From assembly GCA_903813345.2 (NCBI GenBank), contig CAIIXF020000001.1:40734001-40798000 (forward strand): 64,000 nucleotides of DNA, in the 5' to 3' direction. This DNA comes from Owenia fusiformis. Taxonomy: Eukaryota. Position numbers and translations under genes: made by a program. The stretch's first letter is position 1, and each line of letters opens with the position of its first letter. Below, piece by piece: positions 51,168 to 63,534 of the stretch. Below the pieces are notes generated by a model that did no database searches, had not been told where the DNA came from, and worked only from the letters and a program-made list of their open reading frames with translations.

Positions 51168-51555
51168 AATGGTTGAGAACCTGTCATAAATTCCTTCTGA
51201 TGATGATTGTGAAATATTGTATTTTATGGATTATGACAGCTGCTTTCCAGATGGAAGTTGACCCTCTAATACATTTATGGACTTTGAATACAAGCATCTA
51301 CAACTATTTTTGATGTATTGTAAGGACTTCAGTATGAATGAAATGCCCTTTGGTGTTAAGGTCTTGGATTGTGATATTGGTACTTGAATGATGGGGAGGG
51401 GTATTAGACACTCTTTCTCTTCACACTCTTTCTCTTCACTTATGATTCGGAATGCTGGGGTTTGCTTTTCTTGTGACTGGTGTACTCTTAGATGTTTTCT
51501 TTTTTTGTTGTGTTCTGTAACCATTTTTTGTACTTTCCCTTTGGCACTTGCGCAT
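51168..51555 (+). mobile_element. Penelope-like element 3' tail (diverged)
   Basis: aatggttgagaa...gttgaccct...atctacaactatttttgatg...gacttcagtatgaatgaaatg...ccctttggcacttgcgc. Confidence 0.8.
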
Positions 51556-53082
51556 ACATATTCATCATTTCTGCATAAGTATTCACAACAGCATTTTCCT
51601 GCTTTTTAAAGCTACTTCGTGATTTGATATTAACTACTATACATATATCATTTCTTGTTAATCTAAATGGGCTTAGGTGTAAACTTGATTAGTCTTTTTC
51701 CTTTCTGTATTTTGTTTTGGGAAACATAATGCCCCAGATATTGAATAATGTTCTCATTCATTTATGTATAATAACAATGCACAGGATTGTGACATAACAC
51801 TGATTGATTGTCAACACTTTGACAGATCACACAACTTTATTCCATCTTTACTTAGTAAAGTTTGATATTATTGATAAATTCAGGAGGAGGGAGTATTAAT
51901 GTCTGGTGATACACAAATAGGCATTTCAATTTCAATGTAACCATATCTAACTACATCTGAATTGCCTTTCAATAAAAAGTTACCAGCTCATTCTAATTTC
52001 CTTAAAAGCTCAGGAGGTCTGGAAATATAATCAATTTCAATTCCAAGGATCAAAAGTTTGGAACTGATCCATAGATCTGACTTATTTGACAATTAGCAAG
52101 TCATTAGAGATGTTGCAAGGCCCTAGAAATCCAATTTCAATGAAAACCAAATTCAATTATCAGGAAGGGAAACAAGAATTTAATGTTAACTTAGATACAG
52201 AAAGGCATAAAATCTATAATTGCATTCTTAGGATAAATGTGTATTGTTTAATGAAAACACAGAATTCAATTCTGTCAAATTTTAAGACTTATTTTGAAAG
52301 TTATATGGATTTTTTGGACCCTAAATAAGGTGGAACATGGATGGATTTTTTTGTAAGCCCAAATGGTGTAAGCTATTGTTATCACCCACTTGTCTGTCCA
52401 TCCATCTGTCTGACAAAATATTGATGGCTGATTTGAAGTCCTAAGACAATTCAAATGGCTTCACTTTTAAATGTAAGCCCTTAATTCCCCTGTAAGTGTA
52501 TCAAAAGCTTGCCCTATTGCAAATTGTAGCCATTTTTATTGCGGACAAATCTGGGTTTTAGCTTATATTTACTTAAAATTGTACTGTTATGTTTACAATA
52601 ATGTTTACACATTTTTGGCAAATATGTCACAAAGATTCAGAATAGCCATCACTTTTATTGTCGAAATATCACTTTTTATTATGGCACCAGCAGAAGGGGT
52701 TACGGGTTACATATTGTCATAGTCTCCAACTTTTTGTTGACGGTGTTTGGTGTTCAGTGCCCTGCATGAGGAGTCTAGTTATAAACTATACCCTCTGCCT
52801 AACAGCCCTGCCCCAAGACTGGTGCCTGAGACAACCCAGCCTGTCATGAATCATTTCAGACCTGCTGCGCTGACCTTTTTTCAATCAATCAGTGAGCTGG
52901 AAGGAACATGTGCTAAATGCACGCTCATTACTATGCTATGATGTCTGAGGAAATGACCAAATATAGAAAGTTGCCCTTAATTGGATGACAAACTCTGATA
53001 GGCTCGGTGAGTTCAGAGGGTGCAAAGGGTGGGTGAGTTCAGAGGGTGCAAAGGGTGGGTGTTCAGCAGTCAAGGTCTGCTG

Positions 53083-53824
53083 TAAATTTAAATATGTTAA
53101 CTGCAATTCAAATAGGGCTTTCTTTTCTAGTGAACAATATGATAAATATATTTCTTTCACTGCAGTACAATTCTGTGAGGTGTTAGGCTTTCTTATTGAT
53201 TATATATTTGTTAAGTTTGGAAGTACAGTTTTACGTCAGAATGTAGGTATACCAATGGGTACAGATTGTGCTCCTCTTTTAGCAGATCTTTTTCTATTCT
53301 CGTATGAGTATATCTTTTTCTATTCTCGTATGAGTATAAATTTTTACAAAGGACGATGAAAGATAAAAGTGAATTTCATATTGCAAAGTTATTTAATAAG
53401 ACAGATCGATATATTGATGACTTGTTGAGTTTAGACAACCCAAAATTTAAAGACTTTGTAGGTGAGATATATCCTACTGAGCTAGAATTGAAAAAAACTA
53501 ATGAATCTGATATGAGTGCACCTTATCTTGATCTTCTTATTAACATTGAACCAGACAGAAGTATATATTGTAAATTATATGACAAAAGAAGACTTTAATT
53601 TTGACATAGTTAACTTTCCACATTTGGATAGCAATATTCCACTTAACCCAGCATATGGGGTTTATGTATCCCAGCTTATTAGATATAGCAGGGCGTGTTC
53701 AAAATATCTAGATTTCAAATCAAGACACCATATTTTAGTGATCAAGCTGTTAGGTCAAGGTTATACTTGTAAAAAACTTAAGAAATACTTTCGAAATTTC
53801 AAGTTTTACCATTTGAGATGCTGA
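53083..53824 (+). pseudogene. Reverse transcriptase (C-terminal half) of a Penelope-like retroelement, Naiad/Chlamys type; 5'-truncated, two frameshifts
   Basis: Motifs across three ORF pieces: FLIDYIFVKFG..RQNVGIPMGTDCAPLLADLFLFSYE, RYIDDLLSLDN..IYPTELEL..SAPYLDL..LYDKR, DFNFDIVNFPHLDSNIP..AYGVYVSQLIRYSRACS. No GIY-YIG domain follows the RT. Confidence 0.92.
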
Positions 53825-54415
53825 AGGATGTAGGAATGGTATAATTAAATTGGCAATGAACTCACAATTTTTTCACTTGGCACCTTTTGAGGTGGATCCC
53901 GGCTATGGCATTAATGGTTGAGAAATAGGGATCGAAACCAGCCATAGTTTTCTCCTGATGACCATTGTGAATTGTTGTGTTTTATGGATTATGATGATGG
54001 CTTTGCGAACGGATGTTGACCCTTTGAATTGCCTATGGACTTCGAGACTGGATTTTATCTATCCCACATCATTTGAGACTGAATACTCTATATTTTATGA
54101 GTACTAGTATCTACAACTATTTTTGATGTTATGAGTATTGGCTATCAATTTTTTCAATTTATCTTCAATATGTATTGTAATGACTTCAGTATGAATGAAA
54201 TGTCCCTTGGTGTTCTGGTCCTGGATTGTGATATTGGTTCTCGATTGGAGGGGGAGGGGGATGTTAGACATTGTTTCTTTTCACGTTAGATCATGGTTTT
54301 GGGATATATAGGGTCTACTTTTCTTATGACAGATTTACACTTACAGTTTGCTTTTCCTGTTGGGTTTCTTTAAAGTTTTTAGTCACCCTTCCCTTTGGCA
54401 TTTGTGCTTATATAT
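53825..54415 (+). mobile_element. 3' non-coding tail (pseudo-LTR region) of the Penelope-like element
   Basis: Directly follows the RT stop; same sequence as about ten dispersed fragments; ends ccctttggcatttgtgcttatatat. Confidence 0.85.
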
Positions 54416-55022
54416 CTATACCAAATGGTAGGTGATGATATTTTGCATGTTAATGCCTTACCCTTACCATCTTGCTTATCAACCTCTATAAACAAATCCT
54501 ATTAGTAAGATGCATGATGCATAAAAGGAAAAGATTAATGTTCGCTCTAGTTTACCGAAAGGCTTTGCTTCTTCATTAAGATGTAATATGTCAACGCTTA
54601 TTTCAATTACTTGGTCTCTAACTTAATATTTGGGAGACTTTGCAGATGAATCTGCATTTCTGCATCCTTTCTAGAATCTATTTGGCAATATATGTATTAT
54701 ATATTATTATATATTTCTTTAATATGTTCAGTGGACTCAAAAACCTGATATGGGGGAAATGGCATAATTGGAAGAACACATATCCCTTAACAGATATATT
54801 ATTGTTTGAAGTTTGTTAACATCTCTGTCAATAGAACAACGAAAGCACAACAACTCAATTAAAATACAAATATACAATGGCAAACACCACTAAATGTCCT
54901 CTTTTTCCATCAGGGACACAAATATCTGTATTCCCTTTTTAGTTCAACAATTAAGCTAATGGACGTTGATTCTGATTACTGTCAGAGTGTGGGCACAGAT
55001 TTACAGAAATGCATTTATATCA

Positions 55023-55402
55023 ATATATAAGCACTAGTGCCAAAGGGAAAGGACCAAAAGTTGTAATGGAACTTAGCAAGAAAAAGCAAACTCTAAGTGC
55101 ATACCAGTAAAGAAAAACAAACCCCATATAGCCCAAAACCATGATCTAACGTAAAAAGAAAGAATGTCTAATACCCCCTTTTCCCCCACCATTCAAGAAC
55201 CAATATCACAATCCAAGACCAGAAGACCAAGGGACATTTCATTCATACTGAAGTCATTACAATACATGATGAAGAAAAAATTAGAAATTGATAGAATACT
55301 CATAACCTCAAAAATAGTTGTAGATACAAGTACTCATACAAGATAAAGCATTCAGTCTCAAATGATGTGGGATAGATAAAATCCAGTCTCCAAGTCCATA
55401 GG
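55023..55402 (-). mobile_element. Penelope-like element 3' tail
   Basis: The reverse complement matches about 54030-54415; nearly the same as 13446-13781. Confidence 0.85.
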
Positions 55403-56856
55403 CTGAATTTTTTTTCCAAGAAATTTAGTCAATTTACTTACATACCGGGTGTGCCAAAAATATTATTAAGCAGAAACATTTTTGTCACACTGAAAAATGC
55501 TATATTGTCATCATCTTGGGCTGATAGGCTTGCTACATCATATCAATCCAACTCTCTGGACGTTTTTTTAACTAGTCTCCGCAATAACCATTAATTTGAT
55601 TTTTAGTACCTACCAGATGTTTGAAAATCTAGGATTATGAGTCTCATACTTCACCATTTTTCTTTAACTTGTTCTATTAGAACCAAAACCAAAATGCCTT
55701 TCTTTCGGTATATTACTTTATGATACAGAGTATCTCATTTTAGCAGCGTTTTGGCCTCAGCTGTGAGAAAATGTAAATTTTCAATGAATTTAACTTTAAA
55801 TAGACACCCATTATAGACCTCCATTGCTGCAACTTCATTTTTGGCATTAAGCACAGCAGTTTTAAAAACACCTTCACCACTGAAATTGATCACTACACTC
55901 CATAGCCTTCAACTACGCCCAATCTAGTCTATTGGAATGATCAGGTTGAGTTTTGTGATGGAGGGAATTATTTTAAGATGCCCTTGTGGTCATCAAAATT
56001 CCAGGAAATCACTTATACCTTCAACTTGAAGTTTTTACAGAATGCAAGAGCGGATTAAGTGCCAAGCTCTGATAAGGTTTTGGGTATGCGGAGTAAATTA
56101 TATGGTGCCCATTTTGCTCCTGTGTGATATCACTCTGTGTCTTGCTATGACTTTCATCATTTATATTTTGTCTGTTCGATCATTTGTGATAAAAACCATT
56201 GTGAATCGATGTTGTTGCCAATCAATGTTATTTCTTTTATAATAAGGTTAACAAGTTTCCATAGATTCCAAATAGACACCTATTACAGACCTCCATTGCT
56301 GTAACTTCATTTTTTAACAAGTGAAATTACATGCCAGAGTAAACTTTCAGATACACAGATACAAATTCAATTTGGAGTAAAAATAATCTTAATTGGAATT
56401 GAGGAATCATTATGCAACAGACAATTATTGTCTGACAATATTGTCTTGTTTAACCATATCATGGTAATTTCATGTCCCACAACACAATTTTTTTCGATTT
56501 GATACTAATTTCAATATTATGAAGACAATTCAATATATAGGCAGTGACTTTAAGTTCTGTAAGCCCCACCTTTATTAGCTTATATTGCAAATCGTCAAGC
56601 CAACCGCCAAGTTGACATATTATGATGTGATTTGAAGTTATGACATATCACATAAGCTATGACATCAGTCACATATTGCCCCATCAGCAAGTAAATAAAC
56701 ATATAATCTCACATCACTTTTGATTCTATATTGATATGTGATATCATTTGAATGTTACCTAACAAACAACAAAACAAGCATTTAGTTTTGTTTGTTGTCG
56801 CTGGTTTTCACAAAATGGATGTTTTCTCCAAATCATAATAATTATGGCCTTTTTAT

Positions 56857-57276
56857 CGAACTCCAATGCAGTGTCTCGGTATAGACACTGCGGCGGGCAG
56901 ATGAAGCAAATCCCCAAAATTTGGGGAATATAGTTCCCCTTTTCATCGCATATGTGGTCAATTTTCACACAACTTATAAAATATGTATTCATGAATGTTC
57001 CCCAAACATTATTTTGTCAAAATATTTCAAAATTATTGAAATATGAGAAGAAATCACCGCAGAAGGAATTCTGAGTAAAAGTTTTGTTGATAATAGTTTA
57101 CCGCATGTGTTGTTTATTAGTTAATACGCGCAATTCAACCAATGAAATTGTCTAAATTTTACAATCACGCGACCTGAGCATGGGACTAGAACCAATCACG
57201 TTAGTTGTTTATTACGAAATTACCATGCTTACGGTGAGATACCTGCCGCAGTGATATATCACTGCACGGGAGTTCG
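56857..57276. mobile_element. Mutator-like MITE, copy 2 (inverted relative to copy 1)
   Basis: CGAACTCC...GGAGTTCG with exact 9-bp TSD CCTTTTTAT (56848-56856, 57277-57285). Confidence 0.9.
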
Positions 57277-58998
57277 CCTTTTTATGTTACTAGTGAAATT
57301 TCCACTGGTTTATCTTGTTAATTAAGTCGTCAGACTTTCATTGAGTAAATAATTTTAACTTTGATTGTGTTTATAGTGATTGTATTTTTGTTGTATGCTT
57401 CCTGAGTAGAACTGCCAAATCAGTTTTTTCATTTGCAATGAATAATGGCTTGATTTCCCTGTACGTAACTTATAGCTGAAATTTACACCCATATGTTTCA
57501 ATACTATAAAAGAACTTGAGATGTTGATTTATATGAAGTTATTGGAGGAGGTTGATTGTAGTTTTAAATACTGTACATCAATCATAATTATTTCTCCATA
57601 GTTAAATAATAAAGTATCCCATTAATACAGTATTGATATTAGTTTTACTTATTATTACTGATTTATCCATGCACATGTGTTTAATGATGCTATAAACATA
57701 TGCTCGTTGATATCAGTCAAAAAATTAGATAAAATGTCAGATATATCAATTTTCCTAGTTGCAATCAATATTGTCGTTCCTCAATTCTTAAAATTATATG
57801 ATACCTATATTCTTTCATGTCTATGATGAATTCCAGACAATGGATTATGAGATTTGTGCTCAGTGTCCTAATCAGGGTTGTCCCATTTCATATCAGCCCT
57901 TCACTCTTTTATTTTGATTCACATATTTAAGAGTGATCTACTCTCTATAACAACGATGAGGCATTGAATGAATGTCTACAAATTAATTGAAGTGGTGACA
58001 ATATATTGACATAGTCTCCAAAATTTTTGTGGATAGAGGTTGGTGTTTGGTGTTAGGTGCTTGATGTTTGGCACCCCATATCTGTAAAAACTTGCAGGTT
58101 GTGACATTTTTGTGACATCTTTGTTCAAAATAGTTAGTTCTTTTAGTATGGCGAAGATACTGAACTTTGTTTAACTGATTCTTATTTGATGTTTGATGCG
58201 ATCTGCTGTCTTGATGTTGATGTTGTCTTGTTTTTTTCATATTGATGAGAAAAATATATATTTCTGTACCTATTATTCTGCCCTGGGGTATCTTGACATC
58301 ATAAATCAGTAAATGACCTTGGGTTAAATGCCAGTTTAGATACCAATCAACAGCAATGCTTTGTTAACCTTTTAATCAGAAGATTTCATAATTGAAATTG
58401 CATTTTAGCATTGAGAGTGTTTTTTTAACCAAATAAATGTTTTTCTAACTTTTATCTTTAAAACATAGTCCAATTGTCTTGTTTTTGAATTTTTGATTTA
58501 ATTAAATGAAACAAATGTTCAATGTAAATGTCATTTAAAAGGAATCCCCTGAATGCCAGCCTAGATAAAACAAGACAAAACTGACATGAGAACAAGAAAA
58601 ACACAACCCAAAATTAATACAAACCAAGTTGTATTACACAAGAGGAACGACCAACAACCATTATGGATAATAAAGTGTAACCAACTGAAAGGAAAGGTAT
58701 GTCTATATGGCTGAATGAAGGCAAACTGCAAATCTTTGATTTATGGGTGTTGGAGATCACTAATATTACCATATTGTTCAATGTATAATAACTTAGCAGA
58801 AACAGACATAGTTATGTGTTAAAGGTTGAGTAAATAGTGCAGAGACGTGTCTAACGATCATGGACCTGGTGTCAAAATATATATCGAAGTTTGGATATTT
58901 CATCAAGGCTAACATCTATTTTCATTGTCGTCTTCTAGGGGGATGGTTTAATGACCTTCTATAGCAAGTCGCTACTACAGTCTTGGCTGTAGTGGCTA

Positions 58999-59070
58999 GC
59001 CTTTATGGCTGAATCGGTAGAGCGTCTGCCTTGCGAGCGGAGGTCATGGGTTCGATTCCAGCACTGGGCA
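58999..59070 (+). other. tRNA-Ala(TGC)-like pseudogene or SINE head
   Basis: A box TGGCTGAATCGG, anticodon arm TCTGC-CTTGCGA-GCGGA, B box GGTTCGATTCC; acceptor and T stems are mispaired. Confidence 0.6.
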
Positions 59071-59377
59071 TTGAATTTAGCAAACTCCCTTTTGGGTCTA
59101 GTATCTGGCTCGTTACAGTACAGCTCCCAGATGGATGTGCCCAAGGGTCGTTACAATATAATGGTTCATGTACAGTACATGTAGTTTTATATGTGTAGTC
59201 ACCTTTACTGTTGAGGAGGTCTTGTCTTGATCAGTAACTACAGAAAGCCTTAGGCTTTGATTACAACTACAAATGCGTGTAATCAAGCAATTTTAAAGTA
59301 AAACATGAAAGAATCTTTGTTCAATTTTCTTCACAAAAGAGTAATTACACAAGATTCCCTCAGTCTAATCCCAGAGG

Positions 59378-59655
59378 CAGGCCTGTCAACTGTCCCGCAA
59401 TTTGCGTATTTGTCACGCATTTGCTGAAGAATTTGAAGTCACGCCAGTTTTTTTTGCGTGACACAAAATGTCACGCAAATACGCATTTTACCTGGTAATT
59501 GTCACGCAAATATATTTCTGTAAAAAATTTTTCAAAATATGTTTATGATACGGTAAAAATACGAACGTCGGAAAAAAACGAACGCAATTTGTTCGGATTT
59601 GTCACGCGAATCCCGTATATGTCACGCATGTTCATAGGAAATTTTCGTACCTCCT
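59378..59655. mobile_element. Partial CAGGCCTGTCAACT-ended element (5' half)
   Basis: Terminus caggcctgtcaact, repeated tgtcacgca motifs, block shared with 43350-43446. Confidence 0.6.
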
Positions 59656-62382
59656 GCAGAGGTTCAAAGAATTTGTTTGATTTAAGATTAATTTAAGATG
59701 AAATGTTCATGTTTAATTAGATATTTAGAAGATCCTTTTGTTGTACTGTATCCTCATGTCGTATTGCAATTCATGTGATCTATCAAGAGTAAATTAAATT
59801 AGTCAATTTAGTTTTGTTTTTTGTTGTTTTCAAAATCACCCAAAGATTTAAAGCACCAAATTACCCGATGCCTTTAATTATATGGGGTTTCAACAGGGAA
59901 TTTAAGATGAAGATTGTTATTTTGAAGTAAATGTATTACCTTTTTAGCATTGCTGTTATCTAGTTGCCATTTGCTCAAAAATGATTTTTGATCACCCTTT
60001 ACATGCATGGACTATATATATAAAGGCAAATGATTGGAATTCAATTGAGTATTCAAGCATGACATTAGACATAAGCTTGGGATAGAAGTATTAGAAATAG
60101 GTAAAATGGCTATGGATGCGATTGGTTCATAATCATAATCATTGACAAGCATGGGTATTCAAAGTCATAAACCCAATAACCAAGCCCAAGAGGCCTTTGA
60201 TATCTGATACAACACAACCAGCAAAGAACTAATGGGACAAAATATGATATAAACATCTGATATTCTCAGTACATATTCTTGAAATTTGGTTTGTCCACCA
60301 TTGAAAACATTGGAATGGTAATAGAGAAAATTTAATTCTCACCTCAAATGATGAAAGCTCAAAAATTGGCATCAAACGAGTGCTTGTTTACATTGTAAAA
60401 ATAACTAGACTGGAAGTTACTCTGGCCCAATTACGCTTTTTAACGAGTTATTTCTAGATTCATATGATGTGTTATCTTATTCCAAAACATAATACTGAAA
60501 CATAACCTCCCGTGTCTATGTTAAAGACACAAATTGAAATTTGTATTTAAATTGTCCACACAATTGTATTGTCATCTTTGTGAATGTGACATTGCTTACT
60601 CAGCATGGCAGATTACAAAAAGTGAGATTAAATCTCAAATGCACAGTATAATAGGGAAGCCCATTGAAATAAGATATAGCAATTTAAGGCATCTTCGAAT
60701 AGAGAAGTTTCTAAATAGCTTTGAAATCTCGCTAATTCTCGTTTTTACACGAGATTATAAGAGATTTGCACTTTTTTCTTTATTGAATCACTTTTCTTTA
60801 TTTTTGATAGCATATTTGGATTCAGTGACAAAGGGGACATGCCATTAAGAGGCCATTCTCTGACTTAGTCATTTTTTCAAAAGTGTGAAAATAAAAAAAA
60901 TCATGAAAAGTTCTTAAAATATTCTGAATAACAAGTTGAATATATATATTTAATGATGACACAAGCAAAAGTCTGAAAATTAACATGAAATGAAGGGTTT
61001 TGACAGATGCAAAAGATGGTAGATTTGTGATGAAGAAATAGAGGTTTTTGCAGTAACAACACAATTAACTCGAAGTTATCCGTTATGAGAGGCTGAGGAC
61101 TAAACTTGACATAATTTTCAATCTCAGATTATCAGTAGTATCTAACTTTAGCCGGACAGCCACTCAGAATGTATATGGAGCCCATAAGATTCATTTTTCT
61201 CAATTGAAGTCACTATTTCTGTTTTTAGCTTCAGAGGAAAGGAGGTACATGAACATGCTAAGTTTACCTAGATCACAAGCCTTACCACAAATATAAAGTA
61301 TATAGGAATAGAGTTGATATGTGTGAAAACCTTAAACTTCCCATTTTATTGGGGATGGAACTTGTGGACCATGTGTATTTCTAACTTCTTCACATGTGCA
61401 TGGATCTAAAATTGTGGCAGCCATCTTGGATTTGTCATATTATGTGGACATGGTTTTGGTTGTGCTGAATTTGTTTCAAAATAACATTTCTTGTATACCT
61501 TCGATAAGTGAGATAGGCATTTGAAATTAAATACAGATCGTATACTTGACATTTAATGCAGTAAACAGTAATACAATTCATTCTTACATAATAAGTGAGT
61601 CCAGACAAAAAGTTGTTATTGTGTTAGTTTAACTGGGCATAAATTACACTCATTGGCCTTGGTTTTCTTAATTGGCTTGGATAAAATGTTGTTCTGTTTA
61701 TTCAGAAAAGGAGTATAGTTCAATATACAAGTTCACATCCGTTCCATCCTCTTGTAGAAATGAATCTCATATTATTTCTCTCAAATATAGAACACAAAAA
61801 TATTATAAAAAACAAGTTTCTATTAATTGCAAAAGTTAGCTTCTATGTCATGACTGAGTTTGGGTTCCGCTTCTAGGGAAAAAATATCCATCTGGAAATA
61901 TCGTATTGACCATTGCTATACACTCCATATTTAATCCTCCCAGTAAATAACATTGATATACAGTATACAAGTATATATGACATCGAGGATCTGGGGTTTG
62001 GGTAATGTGAGACATGAGGCCACTTGTCTTTTTGAATCTCATATTCAATATTCTTTCTTTAAACCCTCATATTTAATATTTTTGGAGTGGTAATTCAATT
62101 ATGTACCTATTTTTTATTCTTTATCACATAGTTGAACTCTGTTCCACTCTGTTAGGTAACATGAAAACATATTTATGATATTTTGCAAATGCGTGGAAAA
62201 AGTGATATCTGTGGAATACGGAAAATATTTCACAGATATCACCTTTTGGCAGGGATTTGAAAACTACCACCAATATGATGTGTTTTGTTACATATTGATT
62301 TAATGACATCACGGGGATGAATGAATGAATGGATGTTGTTTTGATATGCTTTGTTTAGTTTTAGAGGTGAACTATGGGAAAA

Positions 62383-62530
62383 ATAGAACATCCTATGAAT
62401 TTTCGTGATATTGTGTTAATCCAACTCATTGATATCAATATCTGCGCTAATTCGCTATGCTAACTTGGCAAGATATTGATATCAACTCGGAGATAAAGAT
62501 AAAATCATTTAAAATCATATGATATCCTAT
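62383..62530. mobile_element. Small imperfect inverted-repeat element
   Basis: atagaacatcctatgaatttt / aaaatcatatgatatcctat ends and an inner palindrome ttgatatcaatatct..agatattgatatcaa. Confidence 0.45.
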
Positions 62531-63534
62531 ACATATCCTTTACTGTGCCACAACTTTCTCATATGTTATATATTTTGGCACAGGCCATCACTTATTTTCT
62601 TTGAATTCATGCTTTTGTTCCTCGTTTTAGAAATGAGAGGAAATCTTTGATTTTCCTTGTATTTAAGTTGCTTAAATGTTGCCCTGTGATGTTGATAAAA
62701 GTCAATAGTAATCCATTACAGTCACAATTGAAATGTACCCATTGCTAGCCCAGAACCTACCAAAATAGCATTTGCATTTTGTCAATATTGCCCTATGTGC
62801 TTTTCTATGAAAATAATTTTAATCGTATCTTTTCTTCAGTATTTCATATATTACATTTTAATATATTTATATTGGTTAATATTTATATACTATTTACTTA
62901 GACAACAATAAATAAAGAATTTTTGGTAAAAACACCAAAAATGGTATATGATCTTTAAATGACTGTTGTGTGAACATCAAAGGTCAAAATTCGCTGAAAT
63001 TGTATTTTTATAAAGCACAAATGATTTTTCTTCAATATGATATGCATTATTATCAGATATCTTTGGGGGCTAAAAAGGGCCCTTAATGACACCCGTCCTT
63101 TAGAAATTCAAAGACAAACAAGGGTGACATCTATTACGTCAGCACTTTTCAGCTATTTAGAAACTATGAATTTAAGGGCACTTTTGTTTAAGTTTTTGGC
63201 AAAGTTTCCACTTCTACAGTATGCTTACTTGACTTTGAACCATCTGTCAGTGCTGATCTTACAGGTTCCCAACACAAAACATTACTTAATAAATGGGTAT
63301 ACGACCTTGATGGTCTTATCAATGGTTTCATACTTTTGATACTTTACTACATTAAATGACAGCTTTTTTCAAAAGTGGATATGCATATCTAAGTTACTTG
63401 ATTAAAGGAAGATGTTTCTTTGGATTGCAATTTTGTTGAGAAATTAAGATAATGAGAATGGGCACCATGATAAACCATGACATCTCATTTCTTCTCAGCC
63501 CTCTCAGGTGAAACAGAAAGATGTTATGGGAACC

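Noticed and set aside
54175..54235. Possible SECIS element in the Penelope tail (ATGA...AAA...TGAT)
   Set aside because: Spacing and helix II pairing do not fit the SECIS core, and no in-frame Sec codon is visible in the retained RT.
58999..59070. Functional tRNA-Ala gene
   Set aside because: Acceptor and T stems are mispaired and there is no oligo-T terminator directly downstream; treated as a pseudogene or SINE head.
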